NCBI GenBank assembly: GCA_964016885.1
Contig: OZ024747.1
Location: 87,544,001-87,608,000 of the forward strand
Reading direction: 5' to 3'
Source: Eledone cirrhosa
Lineage: Eukaryota
DNA: 64,000 nucleotides
Under the pieces are notes generated by a model, which was not told the DNA's origin, ran no database searches, and saw only the letters and a list, made by a program, of their open reading frames with translations. Of this stretch, positions 37,501-50,500 are shown in pieces. The position numbers and the translations under genes are program-made. Position 1 is the first letter of the stretch; every line of letters begins with the position of its first letter.

Positions 37501-40500
37501 TAGATGCAGAACTTCGTCTTCTGGGAGATAGAGCAGTAGCACCAAATGGGCTTCCATAAGGAATGCATGACTGTAGCATCCAGACCACATCTGCAGTTGT
37601 TCTCCAGGGTTAGGTTTCCATTGTTGGTGACTGTGAAGCCCAGCAAGATGTAGGAGCTGACAAACTCCATGTCGTTGGGGCCAATATGGAGCAGGGGAGG
37701 ATCGGGACCATTATGATATGGGTTCTTTGATATCCAAATACTTGGTGTAAATAACTGATTTAGGTGACTAATAACTGAAATTAATTTGTGCCACTCTGAA
37801 GAAGGTATTTTCTGTTTCTACAATTTGCTTTAAGTTTTTTCAATAATTGTTTCTACTATTGGCACAAGGCCAGCAATTACCCAGTACATTACTGGTACTT
37901 TATTTTATCGACCCCATATGGATGAAAGGCAAAGTTAACCTCGGCGGGATTTGAACTCAGAATGGCAAGGGCCGTAACTCTATGCGTCAAAGCATGGCAT
38001 CCGACCCTCTACCGATACTGCCAATTATGAAAGCAAGTTGATTGTATACAGCACTTAAACGAGTTCATTTCACAGTTTGTAAGCAATTAAAAACTGTTTT
38101 TAATGAAAGTAGATTGATTTTCTTTTAATACTTTTGAATGTATATGTTCTGCTTATTTCCTAAATGTGTCACTAAACTAATCCATGCTTTAACCAAACTC
38201 TTCTCTTAACTCCTATTTTGCTTGATATAAACATTGAGCAACCGCTTCTTTCTGAGGCTGGCAAATGCACTCTATAAGTCTCTCTCTACTCTCCTTTGAC
38301 ACTTGATTGTATAGCTCTACATTTGATATATATATATATACATCTCGTTGTTGTCGTTGTCATTGTCTAACGTCCATCTTCCACACTACCATGGGTTAGA
38401 CGCTTTTGTTCCATTTGATGCGGGGATGGCCGGGAGACCATGTATCGCTCGCATGGAAGCGCCTCTGACAGGTTTTCTTTTACAGCTGGATGCCCTTCCT
38501 AACACCAACCACATTTACAGTGTGGACTGGGAGCCTTTTCACCATGTCGCCTACACAACCACCTTACAGTGTTGACTGTTGTGTCATTGACACAGTGGAC
38601 AGAATGGAGAGGGAGGATGGGGGTTGTATATTGGGTTAAGAGGTACCTACTGACTGTAGGTTTGTATGCAATGGTAGTCAGGTCTTCTGTACAACTGCAT
38701 GGTGCCAAAGGTTTCGATCCAGTGTCATTGTCTTAGAGAGGTGTAGGTGGGCATGGTCAGTTTTTATCACCTCGTCCCAGGTTTTTCTTGGTCTACCCAC
38801 TCCGCAGCTTTCATCAATTTTCATTGCCCTGCACTATTTTATACAGCTGTCATCCTTCATACACATCACATGTCCATACCAACGCAATCTCCTCTTCAGA
38901 ACACAACATTTGATACCTCTTATGCTTAGTCTCCCTCTTAGTTCATTTATGCTTCGCCTTTCACGCATATTACTATTACACATCCATTGGAATAGCAAGC
39001 TTCATTTCTTTCTAATCTACATATGTCTTCAGCACACAATGCCCAAGTCTCACTACCATGGAATATTGCCGTTCGTATGCATGCATCATACAATCTGCTT
39101 TTCATTTTTAGAGAAAAACCCCTTGTGGCCAACAGCAGTATTAGCTCTCTGAACTTTTTCCATCCCGTTCTAACTCTGGCTACTACACTTTCAGAGCACC
39201 CTCCTCCACTGCTGATTTTGTCCCCCAGGTAACGGAAGGTGTCTACTATTTATATAGAACCATCTGGGCAGTTGAAGAAGATATCATCCAGTGGGTCTTT
39301 GATATTTACTGCACCTGAGTATCGGCCACATATAAAATCTACATTCTTAGATAGCTTACCTCTGATCCCACTACATCTTTTATGTACCCATAGTTTGCAT
39401 TAAAAATAAGCTTAAAAAGAATTTATTATATTAAATAAACAAAAAATAAAACATGAGTGAGAGTAGGAAGTAAATTTAGTGAGAAATTCAAGGTACAGGT
39501 AGGAGTCCATCAGGGTTCAATTCTTAGCTCATCACTGATCCCCATAGTTCTCCAGGCCATAACAGAGGAATTTTCGTATGCTTTCAACATTTTATTTATT
39601 TGATTGATTATTTGGTTATGTTTCTTATATAGTATAAATATATATCATTAATGTTTCGTTTGTGAATCTTTCATTTCTATAATATTATAGTCTTTCATTT
39701 ATTCTGAATATATATTTATGGATTATGTATATATATATATTTTTTTTTATCTATAATTCCACAGGCAATGGAGGTTGAGAGTACATCTGTGTCCAACTTT
39801 TTCCTGGATCTAAGTACGGTGTCCATCAATAATACAAACACAAGCCAGCCTGTTCGAAATGAGGAGCTTGTCTGGATCGAAATCGCTGTGTTGGGTACAT
39901 TTTTTACTTTAGCAATCATCAATAATCTCTGTGTTCTGTTTGTGCTTTTATGCCGAAGTAAAACGATTCGCCGTATGCAGATGTTTATATTACACTTAAG
40001 TATTGCAGACCTCACTGTTGCCTTCTTCAACATTTTGCCACAGTTTATATGGGACCTCACCTTTCGGTTTATGGGAGGTGATGCCATGTGTCGTTTTGTC
40101 AAATATGCTCAGATGTTTTCACTTTATCTCTCTACATATATCTTAATCATGACAGCTATTGACAGATATCAAGCTATTTGTTATCCACTCTCCCATCAAA
40201 CCTGGACACCATACATGGTACACTGTAAGATATTTACAGCTTATGCAATTGCTACAATTTTTAGCATCCCACAAGCAATCTTGTTTCAGCTGCAAGAAGT
40301 GAAAGAAGGAAGTGGCATTTATGACTGTTGGGTTCATTTTGAACCTGCATGGCTTGTTGAAGCCTACACTTGGTATGTCTTTTGTGCTCTTTACCTGATC
40401 CCTATAATCATACTGATTTTTACTTATGGTTCTATTTGCTATACAATATGGACAAAGCATCATCAGGCAAAAGAAAAAAAACAGAAAAGAAACTTTCATT

Positions 40501-43500
40501 ATTCAAAGAGTCGAAAAAAGGAAGTATTCTTGAGAACACATTCAGTGCGTGGTTTCTCCAAAGCAAAACTCAATTCTGTGAAGCTTACATTTGCTGTGAT
40601 AGTCACTTATGTAATATGTTGGACACCATTTTTTCTTTTTCATATCTGGTGGTTGTTTGATGAAACAGTAATAGGACGTAAGAAACCTTTTTTATCTTCC
40701 ATTTATTTTGACTTGTCTTAGTCTTCTATTTTAATTTCATTTACATATTGGGTTATTTCTAAGGAAATAAATCAATCTTAGTACTTGACTAGTACTTTAT
40801 TATATTGACTCTCAAAAAATTAACCCTTTAGAATTTAAACTGGCCCTATCCGGCCATAATTCTCTTACCTGTTTCTGTTCAAACCAGCCGTAACTGGCCA
40901 CTCATACTTATGATAAGGTATTGTTCTCAAAATAAATAACATCAAAATCTCATAGATTCGATATTATGTAAGGTAAAGCCATTACTGTCAAAAAACAATT
41001 GTAAATATAGAGTAATGTAAAGGCTCAATAAAGAAGTTTGCCTCCTTTCTTCAGAATAATGGCTACCTCTTCACAATGCTGGTTATCATCTCTTCCTGAG
41101 TACAACATTGATTCTCCTGTGCTGGTTTTTAACCTTCCTAATCTTGTCTGTCTGCTTTCATTTATATTAAGAATATCTAAGTCATAGCATCTCATATCTG
41201 ATGTAACCTGAACTAGTTTCTCTTGTGTCATACATTGTTCTTACATTCCAGAATCCTAATTTGGTCTTGATCTTGGTTTTGGTGTCCAGAATTCCCATCT
41301 TCCTGTCAGTGGCTTCTTGACGGCTTTCATCACTGTCATTCATATCTTGGGATGTCTCCGGAAGCCCGTCACATTCAGTAGTGTCAGTTGAAACTTCTGT
41401 TGCTGTTTCCATAACAAAAGATTTTTTATGGGATAGAGTTGTTAGCCCTATGCCCAACCCGGAGAACCAGAGTCCATCGTAGTCTGGCTTCTACCCTTTG
41501 ACCTGTCCGACATGGTTGGAACTGCGACTTAGCTCTCAGGATCACAAAAATACACAAGCCTCCATACATCGACAAGGGGATAAATGATGTGAGGGGGAAT
41601 GTTATAACCAGAGACGTTTTTCAACAGTTACTGGACTTGGAAAAATAGACTAGAGCTGTAGCTTTTAATAAATTGTGATATTTGCAATTAAATTGAACAA
41701 AATAATTTGATTCTCAGCAATTGCTTCTTTAATTGATAATAGTTTCTAATTTAGGCTCAAGGCCACCTTTGGTGGCAGGGGAAAGTCAATTTAATCAACT
41801 CAATGCTTGATCAGTACTTTATTTTATTGATTCAGGAAGGACGAAAGGGAAAAAAATTGACTTTGGTGGGATTTGAACTCAGAATGTAAAGAGCTGGAAC
41901 AAATGTCACAACCTACCATCCTTTCACAAATTTATAACAACCACCAGAAATAATATTTATCCAATTCTTTCAATGTTAATTTTGCTTTCTTCATTCTATA
42001 AGCATATTTCTTTAATCTTTAGATGAAGGTGTGGTAATAGTTCTACTACTGGCATTTCTAAATAGCTGCACCAATCCATGGATTTACCTGATCTTCAATA
42101 GAAATTATCTTTACAATTTCTTTTCTTGCAAAAAATTATGCCACAACAAAAATGAAGCTGCTGCTAATAACACAGAGATGGAACAGTTATCTCTGACCAA
42201 TTCCAATAGTTCAAGAAGACCCTCTGGCAACACTGTCAGGGACAATAACTCTCCATTGCATCGGACATCAGATCAATTTACTTATACAAATAAAACAACG
42301 TATGTATATTTTTTAATCATTAGAACAGATTTTATTTTTGGCTGTATAGTCAGGGGAAGAAACACAGAGAATTTAGCTACTATTTCTAACCAATAAAATT
42401 ACATTAGTGAGGGATCCTCATTGGTTTAGTCAATATTGATTAGAAAGGGTGTTAGCCATGCCATTTATCAAGGAGCCTGGTCATAATGACCTCTCCAATG
42501 TCACTGCCATGATAAAAGGTATCCAATACACCCTGTGAGTGGTAATGTGGCAAATTAATATTAATTGTAATGATTTTAAACTTTGGCAGAAGAACACAAA
42601 TTCTGCAATAGAGATTTAGTTGATTTAATCCTTTTTGATACCAAACTACCTGAAACCACCCCTGATTGCATGATACAAAACTGTTTATATTTATCTAAAA
42701 GCTTCCATCATAATTTTATCTAAAAAGAGAATGTTAGGCTATATTCTAAACACAAGCTTAATAATTAAAAAATTACAAGCAATGTTTTTCATTAGAAATT
42801 GGTAATGAAAGGGTTAATTCCCCCTACTAGCTGACTGTTACTTATTTTATCAAGCTTGGAATACAAGTGTCAAAGTCTACAATGGCAGAATTGAATCTAA
42901 ATGATGAAAAATAGGATAAATACTGAGGAATATAATTTAACGCCTATTATTTCTGCAACTCCGCTCTTATAATAATTGTTTCTACTTTTGGCACAAGGCC
43001 AGCAATTACTCAGTGCATTACTGGTACTTTATTTTATCGACCTCGTAAGGATGAAAGGCAAAGTTAACCTCGGCAGGATTTGAACTCAGAATGAAAAGGG
43101 CCGTAACTCTATGCATCAAAGCATGGCGTCCGACCCTCAATAATAATGATTAATTGCAGGTCTACAAAGTATGAGGGAGGGTATAAACAATACTTTTTTT
43201 TATCAATCCTAAGGCCAATTTAACATGGATGATTTTAAATTCAGAATGTAAAGGGACGTAACTAAATATAGCATGGTATTTTGTCTGTCACCTTACCAAA
43301 TCTGCCATTTACCACACTAATAATATTAATGCAGCAAGCATTTTAAGGCTATTTTCCTCTGCTAAAGTATGGATTAGCTTTGAGAGCGGCATGAAAGATG
43401 TTACGCTCATTATATGGTGCTTTTCAAAGGAATGATTTATGGCTGGTTACTTTTCTGGGCCCATTAGTCACCTCTTACAACATGCAGAGATATAGCATAC

Positions 43501-44042
43501 CTATACTAAATCAAATAAACACAGCTACTCAAATAATAATAATGATAATGATTTCTACTATAGGCACAAGGCCAACAATTTGGGGGGAGGGGAAAGTCGA
43601 TTAAATTGACCCCAGTGTTTACTGGTGGTTTATTTTATCAACCTCTTAAGGATGAAAGACAAAGCTAACCTCGGAGGGATTTAAACTCAGAACATTAAGG
43701 GATATAACTCTATGCTGCAAAGCATGGTGTCCGACGCTTGGTTTTTGATTTAGGCACACGGCCAGCAATTTTTGGGGAAGGCAAAAGTTGATTATATCAA
43801 CCTTAGAAAAGTAAAAAGCAAAGTAGTCCTCATCAAGAATCAAACTCAGATCATAAAATTATCACATACTTTGTTAGATGCTCTTCCGATTCTACCAATG
43901 TACTATCTATGATAAACAAAGATATAATATTATATATTTCAGTCGCTAACATTTCATAATTCTATTAATCTTCAAAACATTAATATTTTTTAACGTTTTA
44001 ATAGATTTTATTTTACTTTACTTTTTATTCTACAGAATATGA
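34510..44042 (+). CDS. CTR2: Cephalotocin receptor 2-like oxytocin/vasopressin-family class A GPCR (~403 aa predicted, 4 coding exons)
   Basis: Exons 34510-34524 (MSTYQ), 39765-40677 (TM1-TM6), 42023-42299 (TM7 and tail), 44036-44042 (last codons). Motifs RMQMFILHLSIADLTVAFFNILPQFIWD, AIDRYQAICYPL, YDCWVHF, YVICWTPFF, LNSCTNPWIY. Has the intron between TM6 and TM7 typical of OT/VP receptors. The N-terminus AMEVESTS..FFLDL matches my recollection of Octopus vulgaris CTR2. Confidence 0.88.
37000..37710 (-). mobile_element. Degenerate RTE LINE RT fragment
   Basis: ISQKTKFCIYNVLIFSILLCGA(ETW)...FDSRA.R.IENISWYHYISNEEL. Confidence 0.78.
37847..38025 (-). mobile_element. tRNA-derived SINE copy
   Basis: Near-identical to 7024-7200. 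Confidence 0.87.
38350..39400 (-). mobile_element. Degenerate copy of the same RTE-group LINE in CTR2 intron 1
   Basis: Minus strand [34 protein letters not shown], closely similar to 58700-58870. Confidence 0.88.
39765..40677 (+). CDS. CTR2: CTR2-like main exon (TM1-TM6)
   Basis: ORF 39768-40721; donor GGAC|gtaag at 40677/40678. Confidence 0.95.
41030..41580 (-). mobile_element. RTE LINE 5' part (APE endonuclease N-terminus) in the CTR2 TM6/TM7 intron
   Basis: KTKLGFWNVRTMY...YDLDILNINESR...LYSGRDD...VAIIL. Confidence 0.82.
42023..42299 (+). CDS. CTR2: CTR2-like exon (TM7, helix 8, tail)
   Basis: tttag| EGVVIVLLLAFLNSCTNPWIYLIFN...NKT |gtatgt; if the donor is not used the frame runs to a stop at 42396. 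Confidence 0.9.
44036..44042 (+). CDS. CTR2: CTR2-like predicted terminal coding exon (completes ...KTTI*)
   Basis: Long polypyrimidine tract ttttattttactttactttttattctacag| A ATA TGA TGA TGA; phase-compatible with the donor at 42300. Confidence 0.55.
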
Positions 44043-45871
44043 TGATGAAATATTTGCAGTTATTGAAAATATGAAGAAACTTTATCAAAACTATACCAAA
44101 TTAATTATTTATTCCCCTAACAGTTTTATTTTCCTCCAACAACAATCTTTACTATTTACTTACTGATATTTTTCATGTCTATTTCATATGTTAACTATCT
44201 CTATCTCTCACAGCAGTCTAATGGCTGAAACCAGTAAAACAAAAGAATAAAATAATCTTAACCGAACGCTTCCTTTTCACAATACGTCGCTCTCTTTTTC
44301 CTTTGTTGCTTAATTTTTTTTCTTCTTTACCTTTTTTTTTTTGTTTCCTTATTGCCATGTATATTGTATCGTTAAAGTAATCATTTCACTACATGTACAT
44401 AATATTCATAACACTTCTAGAAATATTTCAGCCAGTAGTTTACTGGACATCTACCGAAGGAATTCGCAGAATGTATCCTATTTATATACGTAGTGGTAGT
44501 ACTGTGAAATTAGTCTTAAAAGTGTAGAAATCGTACAATGTAGATGAAATCACTTGAATAAAAATTCGATTTAAGTCACAGGGAAGTAAATCTTGAAATA
44601 TATACAGAATAAGTCTTGCATGGATTCTTTCCCTTTGTCGTTACTCTTAAATGGTTTTAAAGTTTCCACGCAACAATCAAGTCTCTGGTCATTCGACCAG
44701 CTAAAAATATCATTAAACAAAATAAATATAACCAGACTTAAAAAATATATATATTTGCCTTAATCCCATTTACAACGGAATAAAATTCGTAAATACCTGG
44801 ATTTATCTAGTAATTATTTTGTCCAACCTGTGGCGTTCGAGACATTTGGTTGAGTTGAGCCGCTGACAACGAAGTTCTTGTCATCAATGGCGGCTCGCCT
44901 TACTGAGGTGTCATGTAACGCACGTGAGGGTGCTTGGTTGTTTTACTGTCTTAGCCTCGCCATCACCCGTGGTAAAGCTGCGAGTGTATTGGCTTGCCTC
45001 AAAGTGTTTAGTTGACAGTTATGATGTGATGTGCGGTCGATTGGTGCACTTAGTGGTGAATCGATACATCTTATTTGTTCCAACCCTATCTAATCTAAAC
45101 CTTACCTATTCCTGATTTTACCTTATCGTCTCCCATCCCATAGTAATACCCTCTTTTCTTTAGATCCACTTTTTATGTATCTCCTTTAAAGTAGAACCTA
45201 GACTCTTTATTTCACAATCCTATCTGTAGTTAATGACCATTTTTCTTTTCACTTTTAATACATCTTATATTATATATTAATATCTGCATATACCTTCAAA
45301 CCTATATATTCCCTGTTTAATTTAATTCTCTTTAATTATTTGCAAATATTTTTAATGCACTCTAATTCCCATCAATATTAATTATTTTCTTTAGAATTAG
45401 TTCTGTTTCGACAGTCATCTAGTAATAATTGTTTTTACTTTTGGCACAAGGCCAGCAATTAGCTCAGTGTATTACTAGTACTTTATTTTATCGACCCCGT
45501 AAGGATGAAAGGCAAAGTTGACCTCGGCGGTATTTGAACTCATCTAGTAATAATAAGATATATATATATTTTCATTATCATAAGATCAATTATTTCTGAT
45601 GTATATTTTGTCCTTAACATCTTAGTTTATTATTAATTTATTTTAAAAGTATACTCAAGTTTTGCTACATCTAACTACTTATTTATCTCCCTTGATCCCT
45701 AATTATCTCCCTTGGAAAATCACTTGTATACTCATTTTTTAATCAAAACATGGACATTCTGACGGTTTCTAACTCAAAATTTTTTACTATCCAAGTACAG
45801 CCTTTACTGTATGTTCTTCACTTCGGTGATACGATTTGATTTTTGAATCAATATGTTATAATCCTTTCTTT

Positions 45872-45988
45872 TGGCTCTGATGAGCGCACTAAATCACCTA
45901 TTTATTTTCACTGTATGGATTTTTGATCGGTATTCATAATATCAACGTACATATTAATGGTTTAGTGTTTGAAACAAATTGTCAGCCA
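45872..45988 (+). ncRNA. Type I hammerhead ribozyme (Penelope/retrozyme-type) with extended stem II
   Basis: Stem I TGGCT/AGCCA; CTGATGA 45877-45883; stem II GCGCACTAAATCA...TGGTTTAGTGTTT; GAAA 45971-45974; quasi-palindromic stem III ACAAATTGT; GTC cleavage triplet ending at 45983. Confidence 0.75.
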
Positions 45989-46578
45989 TTAAAAATGTAT
46001 GTATTCATAAATCATTGTTTATCTCTCCAGCATTTTATATATGCTATATATATCAAAAAGAATTAACAGAGTCAGAAGCTTAGGTTAGTCCTTGTAATTC
46101 ATGAGCTCAAAGGTAAAAGAATCCTGGGCTCTTCAAATATAATATAGAGAGAAAAACACACTAGAGAGAGAGAGTGTTTATCAAGTTACAGGGAATACCA
46201 CTGGCGTATGGAACCTAATGACAGGTTCACTGTACACTATATTTATGCATAAAGTATGAAAACACTATCAAAGTCATATATGAAGGAGGGTGGAGAAGAA
46301 AAAATATCACCTAGCATTTATACAAAGTACCTTGTACAATATTTATGTTTAAAACCAATCAATTTTATTAAAAAATCTTTTGTAATGAAAAACCTTTTCT
46401 AAATCCTAATATTATAAGAATAATTTTTCGAAATCCTTGTCAAATAATTCCACCTATCCACTGACCTCAGACTGGTACTTTATTTATCAACCCTGAAAGG
46501 ATGAAAGACAAGGTTGATCATAGTAGGGATGAATGTAGAAATCCAGAACCAAGACAGATGCTCAGCCAATTCATTTAA

Positions 46579-46740
46579 CCCTTTAGCATTTACATTACTT
46601 TATATATACTCTTATATTTTGATATTATTTATTTTGAGAACGATATCTTAAAATAAGTATGAGCAGCTGGTTATGGCCAGTTTGAACAGAAAGAGGTGAA
46701 AGAATTCTGGCCGGATATGGTCAGTTTATATGCTAAAGGG
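46579..46740. mobile_element. piggyBac-like TTAA MITE family (other copies 35443-35647, ~40824-41023, 53827-54018, 60328-60535)
   Basis: TTAA-CCCTTTAGCAT...ATGCTAAAGGG-TTAA with shared internal sequence. Confidence 0.85.
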
Positions 46741-47392
46741 TTAAGTCATGATGTTTAATCAAATGATGATGATGAGTCATACCTAGTGGGGAGTATTTGT
46801 GGTGGTATGCCAATATAAGAAATTCATATCAGTCATGTTTCTAATCCTGTAACTCCTAAAAAAATCATTTATAAATGGGCTACTTATCTTTTAATTACCA
46901 ACTTGAAATAGAGGCAGTCTGGTGTCAAAATAATTAATATCTGCCTCATGTCATGACACCTGTATTAGGTATTTTTAGGCCATTTTACCCGCTAAAATAG
47001 GGCTTAGCCATGCAGGCCCATGATTGGGTTCTTACTCATCTTGGGGTTTGTATGTTTTACTGATAGATATCCTTGGTTACAACTCTTTTAATCACCTCTG
47101 TCAAACATGCAAATCATGATACAAAACAGTTTTAACACTTTTTATATATGTTACTATATTTTTATATATGTTAGTATTAAAAAAGGACAGAACAAGCATT
47201 TTAAGTTAATTTTTCCCTGTTAATGCAGGGGTTAGTCTTGTGAGCCAGATCATGTATTTCAATTCGTATTACATTCTGGAGGTAAAAGAGCCAGAGTAAA
47301 GAAATAAGTCAACATCAGTTTGATTTTTTATTTGACATCTACAGAATTTGTCAATAATTAGATTTGTATTTTCTTTAAAATGATATTGATTA

Positions 47393-47516
47393 TCATAATC
47401 CAAAATGGTAACGTAGAGGTGGTCCAGGAATGTCATCATCATCTCCATCTGACTCCAGAGACACAATTAGATCAACATACTTTTGCTGTGGTAATGGTTT
47501 CAGTAGTTTTATCAAG
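47393..47516 (-). CDS. UBA6: UBA6 terminal coding exon
   Basis: [40 protein letters not shown]. Confidence 0.93.
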
Positions 47517-50500
47517 CTGAAAATATAAATACTTGATTAAAATGTGGGAAATATATGTGTGTATAGTAATTAGCCAAGAATAAGCCATAATACCAAACAA
47601 CCCCCAAACCAGCCTCACATGATCCAACTGAGAGCACCAATCCAAAATGCCAGACCGTGTAACAGAAAAGAACCCCCCCCCCCTCCTGCTGCTGCTGCTT
47701 GTGTGTGATAAAAAGAAACACAAGCAGAAGGACGAAAGAAAGCAAAGAAAATAAAATAATGGGATAGTGGACGTCAAGCTGTGGTGTCTATTCAGTGGAT
47801 GTGGGTCTGTGTGTATGCATGCATTTTGGTTGGCATGTGCTAGTCTGGTGATTGCATGTGGGCTTGCTAAAATCTCTGACCACACACACATACACACACC
47901 AATAACTCGAGATAACACGGCAAAAAACATAAATTCTGTTTCCCTTGACAATTCTTCAACTCAGCCAGAATTCCATCACCACTCCAATACCACAGTATTT
48001 TAAACTCGTATATACATAAACAATGAAACATACACTCACACACACAACCAATTCTTGAAAATACAAACTATATAAACAATTGACTAGAACTTACATTAAT
48101 GGCCTTCAAAGAGCCAATATCCTTTTTTTGACTGTTTATCCACTTATCGACACGTCAATCACCTTAGGTCATGCCCTTGATGAGTCGGCTTATTCACAGC
48201 AGGGAGTTTTATCTCATGTCAGGACCAGTGAACATTTAAATATTTACACTTTACTATCCTAAGTATTGAGTGCTCAGCTGAATAATGGCCTTACTAGTTT
48301 AAAACTGGTAAAATCCTGATCAATCTATATATATATCATCATCATCGTCGTTGTTTTAACAACTGCTTTCTCTGCTAGCAAGGGTTTGTGTACATAGACC
48401 AAGTCAGTACTGAAGTGGTGGCTACAGACAAGCAATACACAGGGGAGGTTGCCATGTCTTTGACACAGCTGAGAGTCCTCTCAACTGTTTGTTTGGAAAG
48501 CTTTCTACAGCTGGATGCCCTTTTTTATCACCAATTAAAAACACATATATATACATATGTGTGTGTGTGTATGCATATATATCACTATATGTAAGTGTGT
48601 ATATGTATATATATATATATAATGTATATATTCATACATATGTGCGTGTAGAGCTTGGTGGAAGTAGTGAAATATTACCTTTGAGGTAGTCTTTTCTTAT
48701 GACCAGGCAGAATAGGAACATATATCATTTTTGCACCATGTACAATCATTGATGCATTGTATCCTGTCTTCTCCTAGAAAAGAGGAAAACAAAAGCAAAA
48801 TCTATAGTCAAATTTATTACTGTATTGATATCAATGTTTGTTTTATGGATTTGTGGAAGAAACATTAAACATGCACTGAATGAAAGATGTAGACTTGCAG
48901 GGTGTGTGTGTGGGGGGGGGGGGGGGGGGCATGATAAACTTCTCCACTTTGCTCTATTGTCTGCATCACCCTTCATTAACATTTATTTCTTCCTCCATTT
49001 TCCCCAGCCATGTCGCTCTTGGTCTTCCCCATCCTCTACTTCCTTCCATATTTATTTCCACCACTCCTTTCATCCTTCCTCAGCACATGACCCAAACTTT
49101 TATATACTGTGTTAGAGTGTATAGAATCAATATTATATTTATTATTAATGATGAGTGTTTACTGAGACGTTTTCTTAGTAACTTTCGTGAAACTTTTAGT
49201 TGAAATGTCATTCAATATGTAGTTTTTATCCTACTATTTCTTTGATTTAAATCCCATTAGAAGTTCATTTCATATTTCATTCTATAAGTGGAATGTTAAT
49301 AAAGTAAGTTGCAGTCACTTCATATATTTATAGTCTTGTGCCAATGTAACAGAATATAACTTTATTAACCATGTCAAAAATTTGAATGTACAAGCAAGGC
49401 ATTCCTCTGACCCATCTAGGAGGGCAGCAATTTTGAATATGAACTGACTGAACGTTAGTGGCCTGTTCAACCCATGCCAGTATAGAAAGCAGACATAAAA
49501 TGACACTGGTGCTAAGCAGGCATGAAGAATCAAAGCAAAGATAGTAAATGCATCCTAAGTTAAAACATGGGAGGACTTTAGGGTTAAGCTGGAATCCGAC
49601 TTTAGATCAACAAATAAAGTGTTCTGGCAGACCATCTGCCGACTTTGTAATAAGAAGGCCTCCTCCACACCTGCTTATACATATATGTATATATATATAT
49701 ATATAATTGTTATTAATAAAAACCTACTTTAAAGTGGGTTAGAAACATTTCCAGGGTGAAATCTTTGTTGCCTTCAATCTCCCATCGGTCCCATACAGTC
49801 AACGATAATTCATCACTGAAAAGAAAATCAAAACTTAAAAAATTGTACAGTTGTTCAATTTATATATTTATCAATTTAAAAAAAATCTAATTTTGGAACT
49901 AAACAGAGTCTTATGAAGCATGAAACTTAAAGCTGAAAGTTATAATTAATCGCATCAACAGTAGTTCTTATTGTGAAGAGCTGTATGCAATGTTTAGTTT
50001 AAGAAGAGAAATGCAATATAAGAAGGAAAGAGATGATTGTAATGGGTGGGTTGGAGTAGCATGCAACAGGTAAGATCAGAAAATCAGTATTCATTTTAAA
50101 AAGAGCAGAGAAAAACACATAACAGCAGCAGGAAAATATGATGTTAATATGCTGCTGACGATATGAGTATTGATTAGATGATCAGTGGAAGTTTGAAGAA
50201 CAATGAAGATAAGTTTGATCAGAGGACACACTACATAGTTGTTAATGAAGTGTTTTGATCAGGAATACATTGCCCCACTCAGGCCAGGAATCAAATCTAT
50301 GACAAGATTCTAAGCCCGACACTATACATATTTAACTCCTTCACATATTTAACCCAAATAGTATGTGTGTGTGTGTGTGTAGTTGAATAATAAAATGTAA
50401 TGTGTATCTAAACCAATCTTGTTCATTTCTTCCCTTTACAGTATTGGATATTTGATAGACAACTACTTACTTGATCTTCATAGTTTCTGCTGCACCTGGT

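Noticed and set aside
39716-40660. Alternative-frame and antisense ORFs over the GPCR exon
   Set aside because: No motifs; by-products of the real coding exon
39765-44042. CTR2-like gene nested inside a UBA6 intron
   Set aside because: The UBA6 stop codon is at 47393-47395, so the genes are convergent, not nested; UTR overlap is unknown
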